IMG/VR virus record: IMGVR_UViG_3300033146_001759 | Location: 8,958-72,957 of that record | Length of the DNA stretch: 64,000 bases | Strand: one strand, 5' to 3' | From: a virus | Shown here: positions 52,067 to 61,038 of the stretch, piece by piece | Layout: the number at the start of each line of letters is the position of its first letter | Numbering within the stretch: position 1 is the stretch's first letter | Program-made: the position numbers and the translations under genes | Notes under the pieces: model-generated | The model's database searches: none | Seen by the model: only the letters and a program-made list of their open reading frames with translations | Told to the model about the DNA's origin: nothing

Positions 52067-53107
52067 TTATATATTAAATTCATCTGCTGCTACCAAATAT
52101 TTAAATTCTAAAACAATATCATCATTAATTAAATTATTACTTTTTAATTCATTATATTTATCTAACATAGTTAATTTCTCACTATATTCATTTTTAGTTC
52201 TCCCATTCACAAGATATTCTTTTTGCCATTCATATGATATAATATTATCATAAAAATCACCACCAATTTCTTTTATATAAAAACTATGTTTTGGTAATAA
52301 ATCGTTTGCTATTTTTTCTGTATTTTTTTTCATATATTCATAAATAGTTTCCAATTGTTTTTTAATTTTACTATCAAATATATTTTTTTCTTTTTCATTT
52401 ATATCAACATCTGTATCTATGTCATCTATTTTTGAAATATTTTTACTCATATTATCTAATGCACTCTTAATATCATTAAAATCATCAGCCATTATAGTTA
52501 AATTAAATGTCATTCTAACTTTATCCCCAACTATATTAAAATATAAATATGTTAATGATTCATCTATTTTTTTAGCTACTATTTGCATTAATTGTGTATA
52601 TATAGATTCAATATATGATATTATTTCATCTAGAGTATCTTCTATTATTTTATGTTTACTATAAAATATAACTTGTTTTATCATATCAACAAAAGTATCT
52701 TCATCTGGTGATTTAATATTAAACAATTTATATATTTTTGTTAATATTTCTTCATGTTCAGTATTCAAATATGCATTTAATCTAAATTCTGAAAATTTAT
52801 ATTCATTATCTAACAATTCAATATATTCTCTTAACATAGTATCATCTATTTCTAAATAATTACTAATATCATCTTCATCAACATCAATATCAACATATGT
52901 TCTATTATGTAAATCACGATGAGTATAACTACAATCATAAACCATATATGATTCTAATTTAACTAATTTATCTATTTCTTCTTCATACCTATTTTTTTCA
53001 TCATCTGACAATTTTTTAAATTCTTCTTCAGTTAAATAAATAGAATAAAACTTGTCTGCTAGTATTAATTCCTTATTTTCAAACAAAAACGTATTATATC
53101 TTTTCAT
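52067..53107 (-). CDS. CTS/FNI family protein (paralog)
   Basis: MKRYNTFLFE ... GGDF...SYEWQKEY ... DEFNI. Confidence 0.8.
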   Translation of the reverse strand: MKRYNTFLFENKELILADKFYSIYLTEEEFKKLSDDEKNRYEEEIDKLVKLESYMVYDCSYTHRDLHNRTYVDIDVDEDDISNYLEIDDTMLREYIELLDNEYKFSEFRLNAYLNTEHEEILTKIYKLFNIKSPDEDTFVDMIKQVIFYSKHKIIEDTLDEIISYIESIYTQLMQIVAKKIDESLTYLYFNIVGDKVRMTFNLTIMADDFNDIKSALDNMSKNISKIDDIDTDVDINEKEKNIFDSKIKKQLETIYEYMKKNTEKIANDLLPKHSFYIKEIGGDFYDNIISYEWQKEYLVNGRTKNEYSEKLTMLDKYNELKSNNLINDDIVLEFKYLVAADEFNI

Positions 53108-53110
53108 AGC

Positions 53111-54157
53111 TTATATATTAAAATCTCCAATTACAATAAATTTTTCTCCATCTTCTTTTATTTGTGGGTGAATTATATCTTTATATTTAAACATAAACTC
53201 CTTATAATTTTTTTCAATATCATTATTCCTAAAGATATATGATTTTTGTTCATCATATTTTTTTAATTCATCAAGGAACAATCCTCCCATATTATAAATA
53301 TCACCATAAAATTTATATGTAATTCTATTAAGAATATCTTCTTTATTATTTAAAATATCAACATATAAATTATCTAATTCATTTGATACATAATCATTAA
53401 ATTCTTTAGATTCATCATTTGATAGTTTAATATTTTTATATGTATTTATTTTCTCAAAATTATCTTTATTATATTTTAAAACATCACTTATATTTTTTAT
53501 ATCATTTGGTAATATTTCAATATCTATTTTAATATTTATATTTAATTCATCCAATTCAATCGTCATATATTTAAAGTCATTATTTATATTTTCTACATTT
53601 TTTTTTACTAAATCTCTACTAATATTATTCATTCTATTGATTATATTAGCATAATTTTTAAACCAAGTATAAATTAACATTTCATTTAATACTAAAAAAT
53701 AAATTCCTATTTTTTGTTCATTTTTATCAATATTAAATATATCTAATATCTTTACTATTTTATTTTTATTATCATCAGTTAAAAACTCAAATAATGTTTG
53801 TTGAGTTATTAGTTTTTCACCTTCTAAAATATCAAAATAGTTATATAAAAACCATTTTTTAATTTCCAATAAATCCGCAAATATACTAGAATCACTAATA
53901 ATATTAATTATATTAGGTTTTTCATATTCTACTAAAAGTTTTTCTTGATACTTAATATTATTACTTTTTATAATATCTTTCATTTTTCTATAATTAAATC
54001 TATTTTCATTTGATATTTTTTTCACATAATCATAATCAATATCCATTAATATTGATGCTTTATTCTTCAATGATAAATTACTAAATTCGGTTAATGATAA
54101 CAATTCCCAATTTTTTATTGATTCTAATATAAAATTATAATATTTCTTCATCTTCAT
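53111..54157 (-). CDS. CTS/FNI family protein (paralog)
   Basis: MKMKKYYNFILES ... GGLF...YDEQKSY ... GDFNI. Confidence 0.8.
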   Translation of the reverse strand: MKMKKYYNFILESIKNWELLSLTEFSNLSLKNKASILMDIDYDYVKKISNENRFNYRKMKDIIKSNNIKYQEKLLVEYEKPNIINIISDSSIFADLLEIKKWFLYNYFDILEGEKLITQQTLFEFLTDDNKNKIVKILDIFNIDKNEQKIGIYFLVLNEMLIYTWFKNYANIINRMNNISRDLVKKNVENINNDFKYMTIELDELNINIKIDIEILPNDIKNISDVLKYNKDNFEKINTYKNIKLSNDESKEFNDYVSNELDNLYVDILNNKEDILNRITYKFYGDIYNMGGLFLDELKKYDEQKSYIFRNNDIEKNYKEFMFKYKDIIHPQIKEDGEKFIVIGDFNI

Positions 54158-54198
54158 ATATATATAAAATCAATTTCTTCTTTTTAATATATACTTTT

Positions 54199-54546
54199 AT
54201 GAAATTATTAAAAACATATAATCAAATATTTGAAAACACTAATATAAATAATATTTCTGTTGGATATTTTGTAATATTAAAATCACCAAAACATATTCCC
54301 GGTTTTAGTAAAAAACAATATTCTATATCTGAATATTTCTTCAAAAATAATATTGGTGTAATAACAAAAATAAACGGTGGTGATATTTATGTTAAATATT
54401 ACAATACTCCATCATTAATATCATCAAATTTATTTAATGATGATAATGAAGTAATTGCTGATAATAATGATATTATGTATTATAACAAAGATTTAGATAT
54501 TTTAAATAATAAACATATTAACATTATAAAAAATAAATTTATATAA
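54199..54546 (+). CDS. CTS family protein with SH3/KOW-like body
   Basis: MKLLKTYNQIFE; VGYFVIL..IGVITKI..IYVKY; ends NKFI. Confidence 0.7.
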   Translation: MKLLKTYNQIFENTNINNISVGYFVILKSPKHIPGFSKKQYSISEYFFKNNIGVITKINGGDIYVKYYNTPSLISSNLFNDDNEVIADNNDIMYYNKDLDILNNKHINIIKNKFI

Positions 54547-54698
54547 TGAAAATTTTAAAATATTATAATCACTTTTTTAACGAAGATACTTACATTGAAA
54601 ATAGTATTGAAGATGAATTATGGTATATGATACACCACAATTCAAATATAAATACAATTAAAGAAGTAATTAAAAATGATGTTGATTTTAATATATGA
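54546..54698 (+). CDS. 50-aa CTS/FNI microprotein (not in the ORF track)
   Basis: Manual translation MKILKYYNHFFNEDTYIENSIEDELWYMIHHNSNINTIKEVIKNDVDFNI; overlaps both neighbours. Confidence 0.7.
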   Translation: MKILKYYNHFFNEDTYIENSIEDELWYMIHHNSNINTIKEVIKNDVDFNI

Positions 54699-55276
54699 AA
54701 ATAATAAAAACATATAATGAATTATTTGAAAATGATTCAAATAATAGTCGATTCTTAAATTTAAAACATTATTTAACTAATGATAACTTATACGAAGTCA
54801 AAAAAATTATTGATGGATATGATTTCAATAAAATATTCATTGGGATATTAAAACAAACTATTTTATGTTATGCTACAAAATATAGTTTTGAAATAATGAA
54901 TTATTTATTAGAAAATGGTGCAGACCCAAATCTAACACACAAAGAATATATAGATTATCCCATAATCCAAGCAACAAAATCAAGAAACAGTAAAAAAGTA
55001 AAATTATTATTAAAATATAATGCTGATGTTAATGTTATTCATAAAAAATATACAACATTGTCATATTCTTTATATGACCGTGAATTAACTGATATTTCAT
55101 ATCTATTGATTGATGCTGGTGCAGATTGGGTAGAAAAAAACGAATATAATAAAGACTTATTTGATTATTTAATTCCAGAAGAATTAGAAAAATTAAAAAA
55201 TAAATACCCAACCAAATATAAATATTTCGAAGAAAAAAGAAAATTAAATAACTCAATTATTGATTTTAATATATAA
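54695..55276 (+). CDS. ankyrin-repeat protein, CTS/FNI family
   Basis: MKIIKTYNELFE; LLENGADPN, LLKYNADVN and LIDAGADW; ends IDFNI. Confidence 0.85.
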   Translation: MKIIKTYNELFENDSNNSRFLNLKHYLTNDNLYEVKKIIDGYDFNKIFIGILKQTILCYATKYSFEIMNYLLENGADPNLTHKEYIDYPIIQATKSRNSKKVKLLLKYNADVNVIHKKYTTLSYSLYDRELTDISYLLIDAGADWVEKNEYNKDLFDYLIPEELEKLKNKYPTKYKYFEEKRKLNNSIIDFNI

Positions 55277-55279
55277 TAT

Positions 55280-55825
55280 ATGAAAAATATTAAAACATAT
55301 AAACAATTTGAAAATTTATATAGTAAGAAAACCCATACCCAAGAAGAATTAAAAACAGAATTTAATAGATTAAAAAATATAGATTTTTTCACTTCATTCA
55401 GTAAAGAATTAAAAAAAATTTTACAACCACACACAAATGATGATATTGATATAGATTATAACACATATTATAAATTAGATAATGGTATTGAAATTAAAAT
55501 AGATGATAATAACTTTAAAATATTAAATCAAAATGATGGTATATATTTTGATGGAAATGAATATATTTTATTCTATATTAATCCTTACGATAATGAGCCA
55601 ATTATTGATATATCATTAAATGACCCAATTATTAATTCTATTTATATGTATGATGTTTTCAATTTATTTAAAAAGTACTATAAACACATACACTTAATAA
55701 CATCATCTGAATCTATCAAACCAGGTGAATCTAATTGGAAATACTTTCCAATTTCTGATATTCATAGTATTGAAAAATTTAGTATATTCATACAAAACAA
55801 ACAAGCTAATGATTTCAACATTTAA
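55280..55825 (+). CDS. CTS/FNI family protein
   Basis: MKNIKTYKQFE ... NDFNI. Confidence 0.8.
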   Translation: MKNIKTYKQFENLYSKKTHTQEELKTEFNRLKNIDFFTSFSKELKKILQPHTNDDIDIDYNTYYKLDNGIEIKIDDNNFKILNQNDGIYFDGNEYILFYINPYDNEPIIDISLNDPIINSIYMYDVFNLFKKYYKHIHLITSSESIKPGESNWKYFPISDIHSIEKFSIFIQNKQANDFNI

Positions 55826-56330
55826 ATATATTAAAAATTATAATATATACACAGAGAGTAATGATATTTTAAAATATCAAGCATATGCTAGAACATTAAT
55901 AAAATATATTAGAGCAAACGATATAGATTCAATTAAAAAATATATTGATAATAATAATAATATTAATTACAGAAATTCAAATGGTGAAACACCATTAATG
56001 TATGCTGTTTATATTAAAAATATAGATATTATTAAATTATTATTAGATAATAATGCTAATGTAAATATTAACGATATAAATAATAATACCGTTTTACAAT
56101 TTATATCTAATTATTTAATAACTAGTAATTCCACAAATATATCTGATTTTGATAATATATTACAAAAATCAAATACTTGGAATAAAAAAAATACAAATGG
56201 TGATGATTTTATAGATATACTAAAAAAACATAAAAATTATAATACCATAATTAAATATATAATCAATAATCATCATATTAAATATAATTCATATTTAAAT
56301 AAAAAAACTATAAATAATTTTAATATATGA
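55809..56330 (+). CDS. ankyrin-repeat protein, CTS/FNI family
   Basis: Probable start MISTFKYIKNYNIYTE; NGETPLMYAV..IIKLLLDNNANVN; ends NNFNI. Confidence 0.85.
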   Translation: MISTFKYIKNYNIYTESNDILKYQAYARTLIKYIRANDIDSIKKYIDNNNNINYRNSNGETPLMYAVYIKNIDIIKLLLDNNANVNINDINNNTVLQFISNYLITSNSTNISDFDNILQKSNTWNKKNTNGDDFIDILKKHKNYNTIIKYIINNHHIKYNSYLNKKTINNFNI

Positions 56331-57253
56331 AAAACTACACATCATATTTATTTGAAAGAAAACAATTAGGTGAATTATATCATTTAGTTGATATTAATAA
56401 ATTAAATTATATCCTAAATACAAATACTATAAAATCATATAAGTTTTCTAATATATCATTAACTAGAAACAAAATGTTAAATTACTATCTAGGTGATGTT
56501 TCAACTACAATTTTTAAATTAGTCATAGATGCAGATAAATTAAGTGATAAGTATAAAATAAAACCATTTAGATATAAATCACAAACTAATATATGGTTTT
56601 CTGAATATGAAGAAAGTGTAATAACAAATAAAATAGATAATGCATTTAATTATATTAAAAAAATAGTTTTAATAAAGGAAAAGGTTGAAGAATTAAAAAA
56701 ATCAATATTTGATGAACTAGATGTATCAGATTGGTTTACAACAATTGGTGGATATGATGGGAACTTACCAAAGTTAATAAAAGAAATCCAAATATCATTA
56801 AAAGAAAAATATAACCAAGATATTTATATACAAGATAATACAAAAATAATTAAAGACGATGATTATTTAAATTATATTATAAATTATCCTTTAAAAGAAA
56901 TAAACACAAAAATATTCATAGCATATAGAGGTACAGTAAAAGGTGAAAGAGAATATTCTATAAAAGACTATTTAGTTGATAGTGATGGTAATATATTATC
57001 AAATGAATTAATTATTGGTGAAACAATTAAACTAAGCAAAAATATAAAAAATATAAAAAACGCAAAAAATTTATACAAAAAAGAATTTGAAAAAAAATTT
57101 TTTAAGCAATTTAGTGAACCTGATATAAAATATTATAATAATTATGGGTGGTTTAAACCATATTTAATTTATGTTAGAGAATTAAATAATGGAAAATGGA
57201 AATTAGATAATATACACCCATTAAAAATCAAACAATCTAACATAGACTATTAA
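56327..57253 (+). CDS. putative virion internal protein with ART-like N-terminal domain
   Basis: MKNYTSYLFE; LYHLV..L.YILNTN, ISLTR and EYEE; paralog of 11229..12578. Confidence 0.55.
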   Translation: MKNYTSYLFERKQLGELYHLVDINKLNYILNTNTIKSYKFSNISLTRNKMLNYYLGDVSTTIFKLVIDADKLSDKYKIKPFRYKSQTNIWFSEYEESVITNKIDNAFNYIKKIVLIKEKVEELKKSIFDELDVSDWFTTIGGYDGNLPKLIKEIQISLKEKYNQDIYIQDNTKIIKDDDYLNYIINYPLKEINTKIFIAYRGTVKGEREYSIKDYLVDSDGNILSNELIIGETIKLSKNIKNIKNAKNLYKKEFEKKFFKQFSEPDIKYYNNYGWFKPYLIYVRELNNGKWKLDNIHPLKIKQSNIDY

Positions 57254-57584
57254 AATAATTCAAAAAATCAGTTCCTGGTTTTGCAATAACACTCATATAT
57301 TTCTCCCATGGATATTGTTTATCATAATCTGTACAATCATTTTCCATTTCACCTAATATTCTTATCGCATCATTAAATACATCATCATAAAAATTAATTT
57401 TTTCTAATTCAGAAACTTCACTTAATTTCCTAATTACTTTTTCTCTTAATTGATGTTTTTCTAATATTTTATTATTTAATGTTTTTTCTATTTCTTTCTG
57501 TACTAATAATTCATTTTCTAATTTATTTATTAATTTTTTAGCTGTTTCTAAATCATTAATTCTTGCATTTTCTAATTTTTCCAT
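57237..57584 (-). CDS. hypothetical coiled-coil protein
   Basis: 115 aa ORF. Confidence 0.6.
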   Translation of the reverse strand: MEKLENARINDLETAKKLINKLENELLVQKEIEKTLNNKILEKHQLREKVIRKLSEVSELEKINFYDDVFNDAIRILGEMENDCTDYDKQYPWEKYMSVIAKPGTDFLNYFNSLC

Positions 57585-57647
57585 ATCTATATATTATTTA
57601 CTATTTCCATTTATGATGTATCGTATTTTACATTTTATCACTATTAT

Positions 57648-57706
57648 ACCCGATTGGGTACAATACTCATTTAAAGTATATTTTATACACCCGATTGGGT
57701 ACAATA
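57648..57706. repeat. two 18-bp direct repeats ACCCGATTGGGTACAATA with palindromic core
   Basis: Copies at 57648-57665 and 57689-57706, between divergent genes. Confidence 0.85.
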
Positions 57707-57771
57707 TCACTATTAATATCAAATAATTATAGATATTAAATAATGATTTGTTTAATTTAATATATATATTT

Positions 57772-58497
57772 ATGAAAAAATATATTAATTACATATCAGA
57801 AAACATTGATGATAATAATTTAATTATACATAATTTATCTTATTATGATATAATTAATATTTGCGAGTTAGAAAATTTAGAAATAAATAAATCATACGAA
57901 GATTCAAATAATATGGGGTATTGTGATTACATAAAACAATTCATAGAACACCCAAGCTTATTTAAAAATACTAATTATAGATTCTTAATAGGTATAAAAA
58001 ACAAAAAATTAGCATCATTATTTTATAAAGTAATAAATACCCAACCAAATCAATATGGTGATGGATATATTATATCAACAGAAAAAGGTTCAGCTAATAA
58101 AATGTTTTTAGAAATGAAAAAAGAAGGCTCATTCACAACATTTTCAAATTTAGATAATATTCCATCAATTAAAGCACAATTAAAAATAGGTGCAGAAATA
58201 TTAGCATTATCATCAAATGCTCCAGATAAATATAAAGCATCTGAAAATTATAATATAAGTATAGATAATAATATTATAGAATTAATGAAAGAAAAAGAAA
58301 TATATTATAAAGATACATATACAAATAATGAATTTTTCTTTCTTGATAAAAACAACGAAATAAATTTAAATAAAATAGAAAATTTTTTATTAAATAATAG
58401 TAATATTAAATTATTTTACCCACAAGATAAATTTATAGAAGAAGATGGTAAAGTTAATATAAAATTAAAACTTTATTTTTATCATAAAAAAATATAA
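57772..58497 (+). CDS. hypothetical protein with CTS-like N-terminus
   Basis: Probable start MKKYINYISE, downstream of TTTAATATATA. Confidence 0.75.
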   Translation: MKKYINYISENIDDNNLIIHNLSYYDIINICELENLEINKSYEDSNNMGYCDYIKQFIEHPSLFKNTNYRFLIGIKNKKLASLFYKVINTQPNQYGDGYIISTEKGSANKMFLEMKKEGSFTTFSNLDNIPSIKAQLKIGAEILALSSNAPDKYKASENYNISIDNNIIELMKEKEIYYKDTYTNNEFFFLDKNNEINLNKIENFLLNNSNIKLFYPQDKFIEEDGKVNIKLKLYFYHKKI

Positions 58498-58501
58498 ATG
58501 T

Positions 58502-58561
58502 TCACTACTATAATAACAATTAATTATATTTTATTGTAATATCACTACTATAATAGCAATT
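58502..58561. repeat. two 20-bp direct repeats TCACTACTATAATA(A/G)CAATT
   Basis: Copies at 58502-58521 and 58542-58561. Confidence 0.8.
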
Positions 58562-58825
58562 TAATATCTACGGTGTTTCACAATATAATAATACTATCAT
58601 CATTATCAACATCAACAAATTGGGATTTTATGTTTTTTAATTTATCAATTTTACAATAAATATATCTTTCAATATTTTTCTATTGATATTTTTATAATAT
58701 TATATAATATAGTATCTATATCACCCCTAAGAAACACCAGAAATGTACATCTTACTTAATATTTTCACAATTAAGTATTAGTTCATCATCATATACCAAC
58801 AATAGCTTAAAAGAGCTTATTTTCA

Positions 58826-59152
58826 TTATTTTTTCCTATATTTCACATCTCCACTCATAGTAGAAATATTTCCACCTATATCATAACAATCAATATCTCC
58901 ACTCATAGTAGATACATTCCCATCAACATTACCTTCAATCTCAATATCACCACTTTGCGTTTGAATGTTTGTGACTATACCAGTAACTATAATCGAATTA
59001 CACATATCTGCTATCAGCTCTTTAATATTACCATTTACAGTTATATTAACTTCTTTTGAATCTGGTGTGCAATTTTTACCATCAATAACTATATTATTTC
59101 CACTAATAGAAATTGATTTACCATCATATTTTGTACCATTTATTATTATCAT
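58826..59152 (-). CDS. beta-solenoid repeat protein (DUF4097/adhesin-like)
   Basis: TQSGDI, TMSGDI and TMSGDV repeats. Confidence 0.7.
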   Translation of the reverse strand: MIIINGTKYDGKSISISGNNIVIDGKNCTPDSKEVNITVNGNIKELIADMCNSIIVTGIVTNIQTQSGDIEIEGNVDGNVSTMSGDIDCYDIGGNISTMSGDVKYRKK

Positions 59153-59157
59153 ATTTT

Positions 59158-59571
59158 TTATTTAATTATTTGCCAATTTTTATAAAAGTTATTTAAATTT
59201 ATTAATTCATTAGTGGTATTATCAAACTTATCACCAGGGGGCACATGTCTAATAACAACTACTAAATATTTTTTCCACTCTTCTATACTATTAATCCATT
59301 TTTTTATAATATTATAACCATCTTCCACCCCCCAATATAAACTACTATCAACCCAAACTTTTTCCTTATCAGAATATATCTCTATAACAATATTATTTCT
59401 ATTAATATTATTTAAATCAAGCGTAATATTCTGCTTCTTTTTTAATATTGATCTTAATTTCAAACTTCTTTCTATATTCTTATCATAATAGTAATATATA
59501 TTATTATTATCATTATTACATTTTAATTTAATAGAATTATCTAATAAATTAATAAAACTTATTCTATCCAT
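59158..59571 (-). CDS. hypothetical protein with internal RxxKLRSIL motif
   Basis: ERSLKLRSILKKK. Confidence 0.6.
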   Translation of the reverse strand: MDRISFINLLDNSIKLKCNNDNNNIYYYYDKNIERSLKLRSILKKKQNITLDLNNINRNNIVIEIYSDKEKVWVDSSLYWGVEDGYNIIKKWINSIEEWKKYLVVVIRHVPPGDKFDNTTNELINLNNFYKNWQIIK

Positions 59572-59573
59572 AT

Positions 59574-59804
59574 TTATTCTACATCAAATGTCCAATCATC
59601 TACACCAAGTGTAACTTCTTCTCTATAATACCCATTTACTATTTTAGACTTTAAATAATCAGCTATTTCATTTTTAAAATCAATAACATTATCTGCAACT
59701 TGTAATTCATTTAATTCAGTGAAATTACTACATTGTAATAACTTCACCTTTATATTAATAGTTATATTAATTTCTTCATCAATATTATAATGTTTATTTG
59801 CCAT
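59574..59804 (-). CDS. hypothetical protein
   Basis: 76 aa ORF. Confidence 0.6.
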   Translation of the reverse strand: MANKHYNIDEEINITINIKVKLLQCSNFTELNELQVADNVIDFKNEIADYLKSKIVNGYYREEVTLGVDDWTFDVE

Positions 59805-59876
59805 AATTTATATTATATTATATATATTATATGTATATATCATAATGTGGCACTTTATACCATATCACATTCTTAG

Positions 59877-59951
59877 TTAGGTTGATAGGATTCGAACCTA
59901 CGACTGACCCGGACATGTACCGGACCCTCTGACCAACTGAGCTACAACCCA
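59877..59951 (-). tRNA. tRNA with CAT anticodon (Met or Ile2), atypical, no encoded CCA
   Basis: TGGGTTG acceptor, TAGCTCAGTTGGTCAGAG D-arm, TCCGG-TACATGT-CCGGG anticodon arm, GTAGGTTCGAATCCTAT T-arm. Confidence 0.8.
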
Positions 59952-60011
59952 TACTTATAGATATATGTACACTCCATCTATAAGCAACTTACAACTTCCA
60001 TTGTAAATATT

Positions 60012-60494
60012 TTATAATTCATCATCTTCTTTATCCCATATAGCTTTATTATCATCTTTTAATTCATAAAATTCCCATTTATTTATATTTTTACTATATG
60101 AATTTAATATACACAATTTTTTATTGGTTTCTGGTTTATACCACCAATGTGGCTCGTGACCATAACATTCCAATAACAATACCTTTTGTTCATATCCACA
60201 CGCTGATGGTTCAACATCATCAGATAATATTAAATCTATTATTTTACGTGTTTTTTCTCCACCATATGTACTTTGCCAAACAATTGCATCATGCATCCTA
60301 CATATATCTATAAAAGCTTTCTCATTTAAATGAGAAACCCTAAATATTGTGTGATATATTATCTTATTTTCTATACAGAATTTTTCTAAATTTCCAACAG
60401 CATTTGAAAGAGAACAATCATTCTCAATAAATAATATTGGTTCTTTATCTTTAAGAACTTTCAATAATCTATCTTGTACATATACACCTCTCAT
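60012..60494 (-). CDS. hypothetical protein
   Basis: 160 aa ORF. Confidence 0.7.
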   Translation of the reverse strand: MRGVYVQDRLLKVLKDKEPILFIENDCSLSNAVGNLEKFCIENKIIYHTIFRVSHLNEKAFIDICRMHDAIVWQSTYGGEKTRKIIDLILSDDVEPSACGYEQKVLLLECYGHEPHWWYKPETNKKLCILNSYSKNINKWEFYELKDDNKAIWDKEDDEL

Positions 60495-60500
60495 ATTATT

Positions 60501-60770
60501 TTATTTTTTAATTGTTCTTTTAAGTTTATTGTCTTTTTTATTTATATTTGTGAGTTTAATAGTATGTATTTCTTTATATTCTGTTGAATTCATATAATAC
60601 CACTCACCACAATTATATGGTGGATATATCATTACACAACCCTCTTTTACTTGAACATTATATACTCTCACAGTTGTACCATCAGATTTAGTTATAATAT
60701 ATCTATAATCTCCATCATTAGCACAAGAATATAACATTAAAATAATTAAAAATATAAATAGTTTGCCCAT
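60501..60770 (-). CDS. putative lipoprotein
   Basis: Signal peptide with an LYSC lipobox. Confidence 0.65.
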   Translation of the reverse strand: MGKLFIFLIILMLYSCANDGDYRYIITKSDGTTVRVYNVQVKEGCVMIYPPYNCGEWYYMNSTEYKEIHTIKLTNINKKDNKLKRTIKK

Positions 60771-60772
60771 AT

Positions 60773-60988
60773 TTATTTGTTTTTTTCTAATGATAATTGT
60801 TCTCGTTTAAATTCAATCCTTTGATTTGTTTTATTTAATGTAGCTTTTCTAATTCTAACAACATGATCAAAACCCCAAAGAATATTCTTAATCTTCACCA
60901 GTGTACCAGTTTCATTAAATGGTAATATTAACCTATCACCTATTTTAAATTTTTTATCATCCATATCAAATATATTTAATTTATACAA
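60773..60988 (-). CDS. small KOW/SH3-like protein (start probably MDDKK)
   Basis: FKIGDRL..TGTLVKI; promoter at 60986-60993. Confidence 0.55.
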   Translation of the reverse strand: MYKLNIFDMDDKKFKIGDRLILPFNETGTLVKIKNILWGFDHVVRIRKATLNKTNQRIEFKREQLSLEKNK

Positions 60989-61038
60989 AGGTAATAAAAA
61001 TATTTAATATATAGATAAATATTAAAAAAAAAATTCAT

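Noticed and set aside
57648-57706. Possible mini CRISPR array
   Set aside because: Only two 18-bp repeats with a 23-bp gap, too short for CRISPR repeats, and no cas genes in the window.
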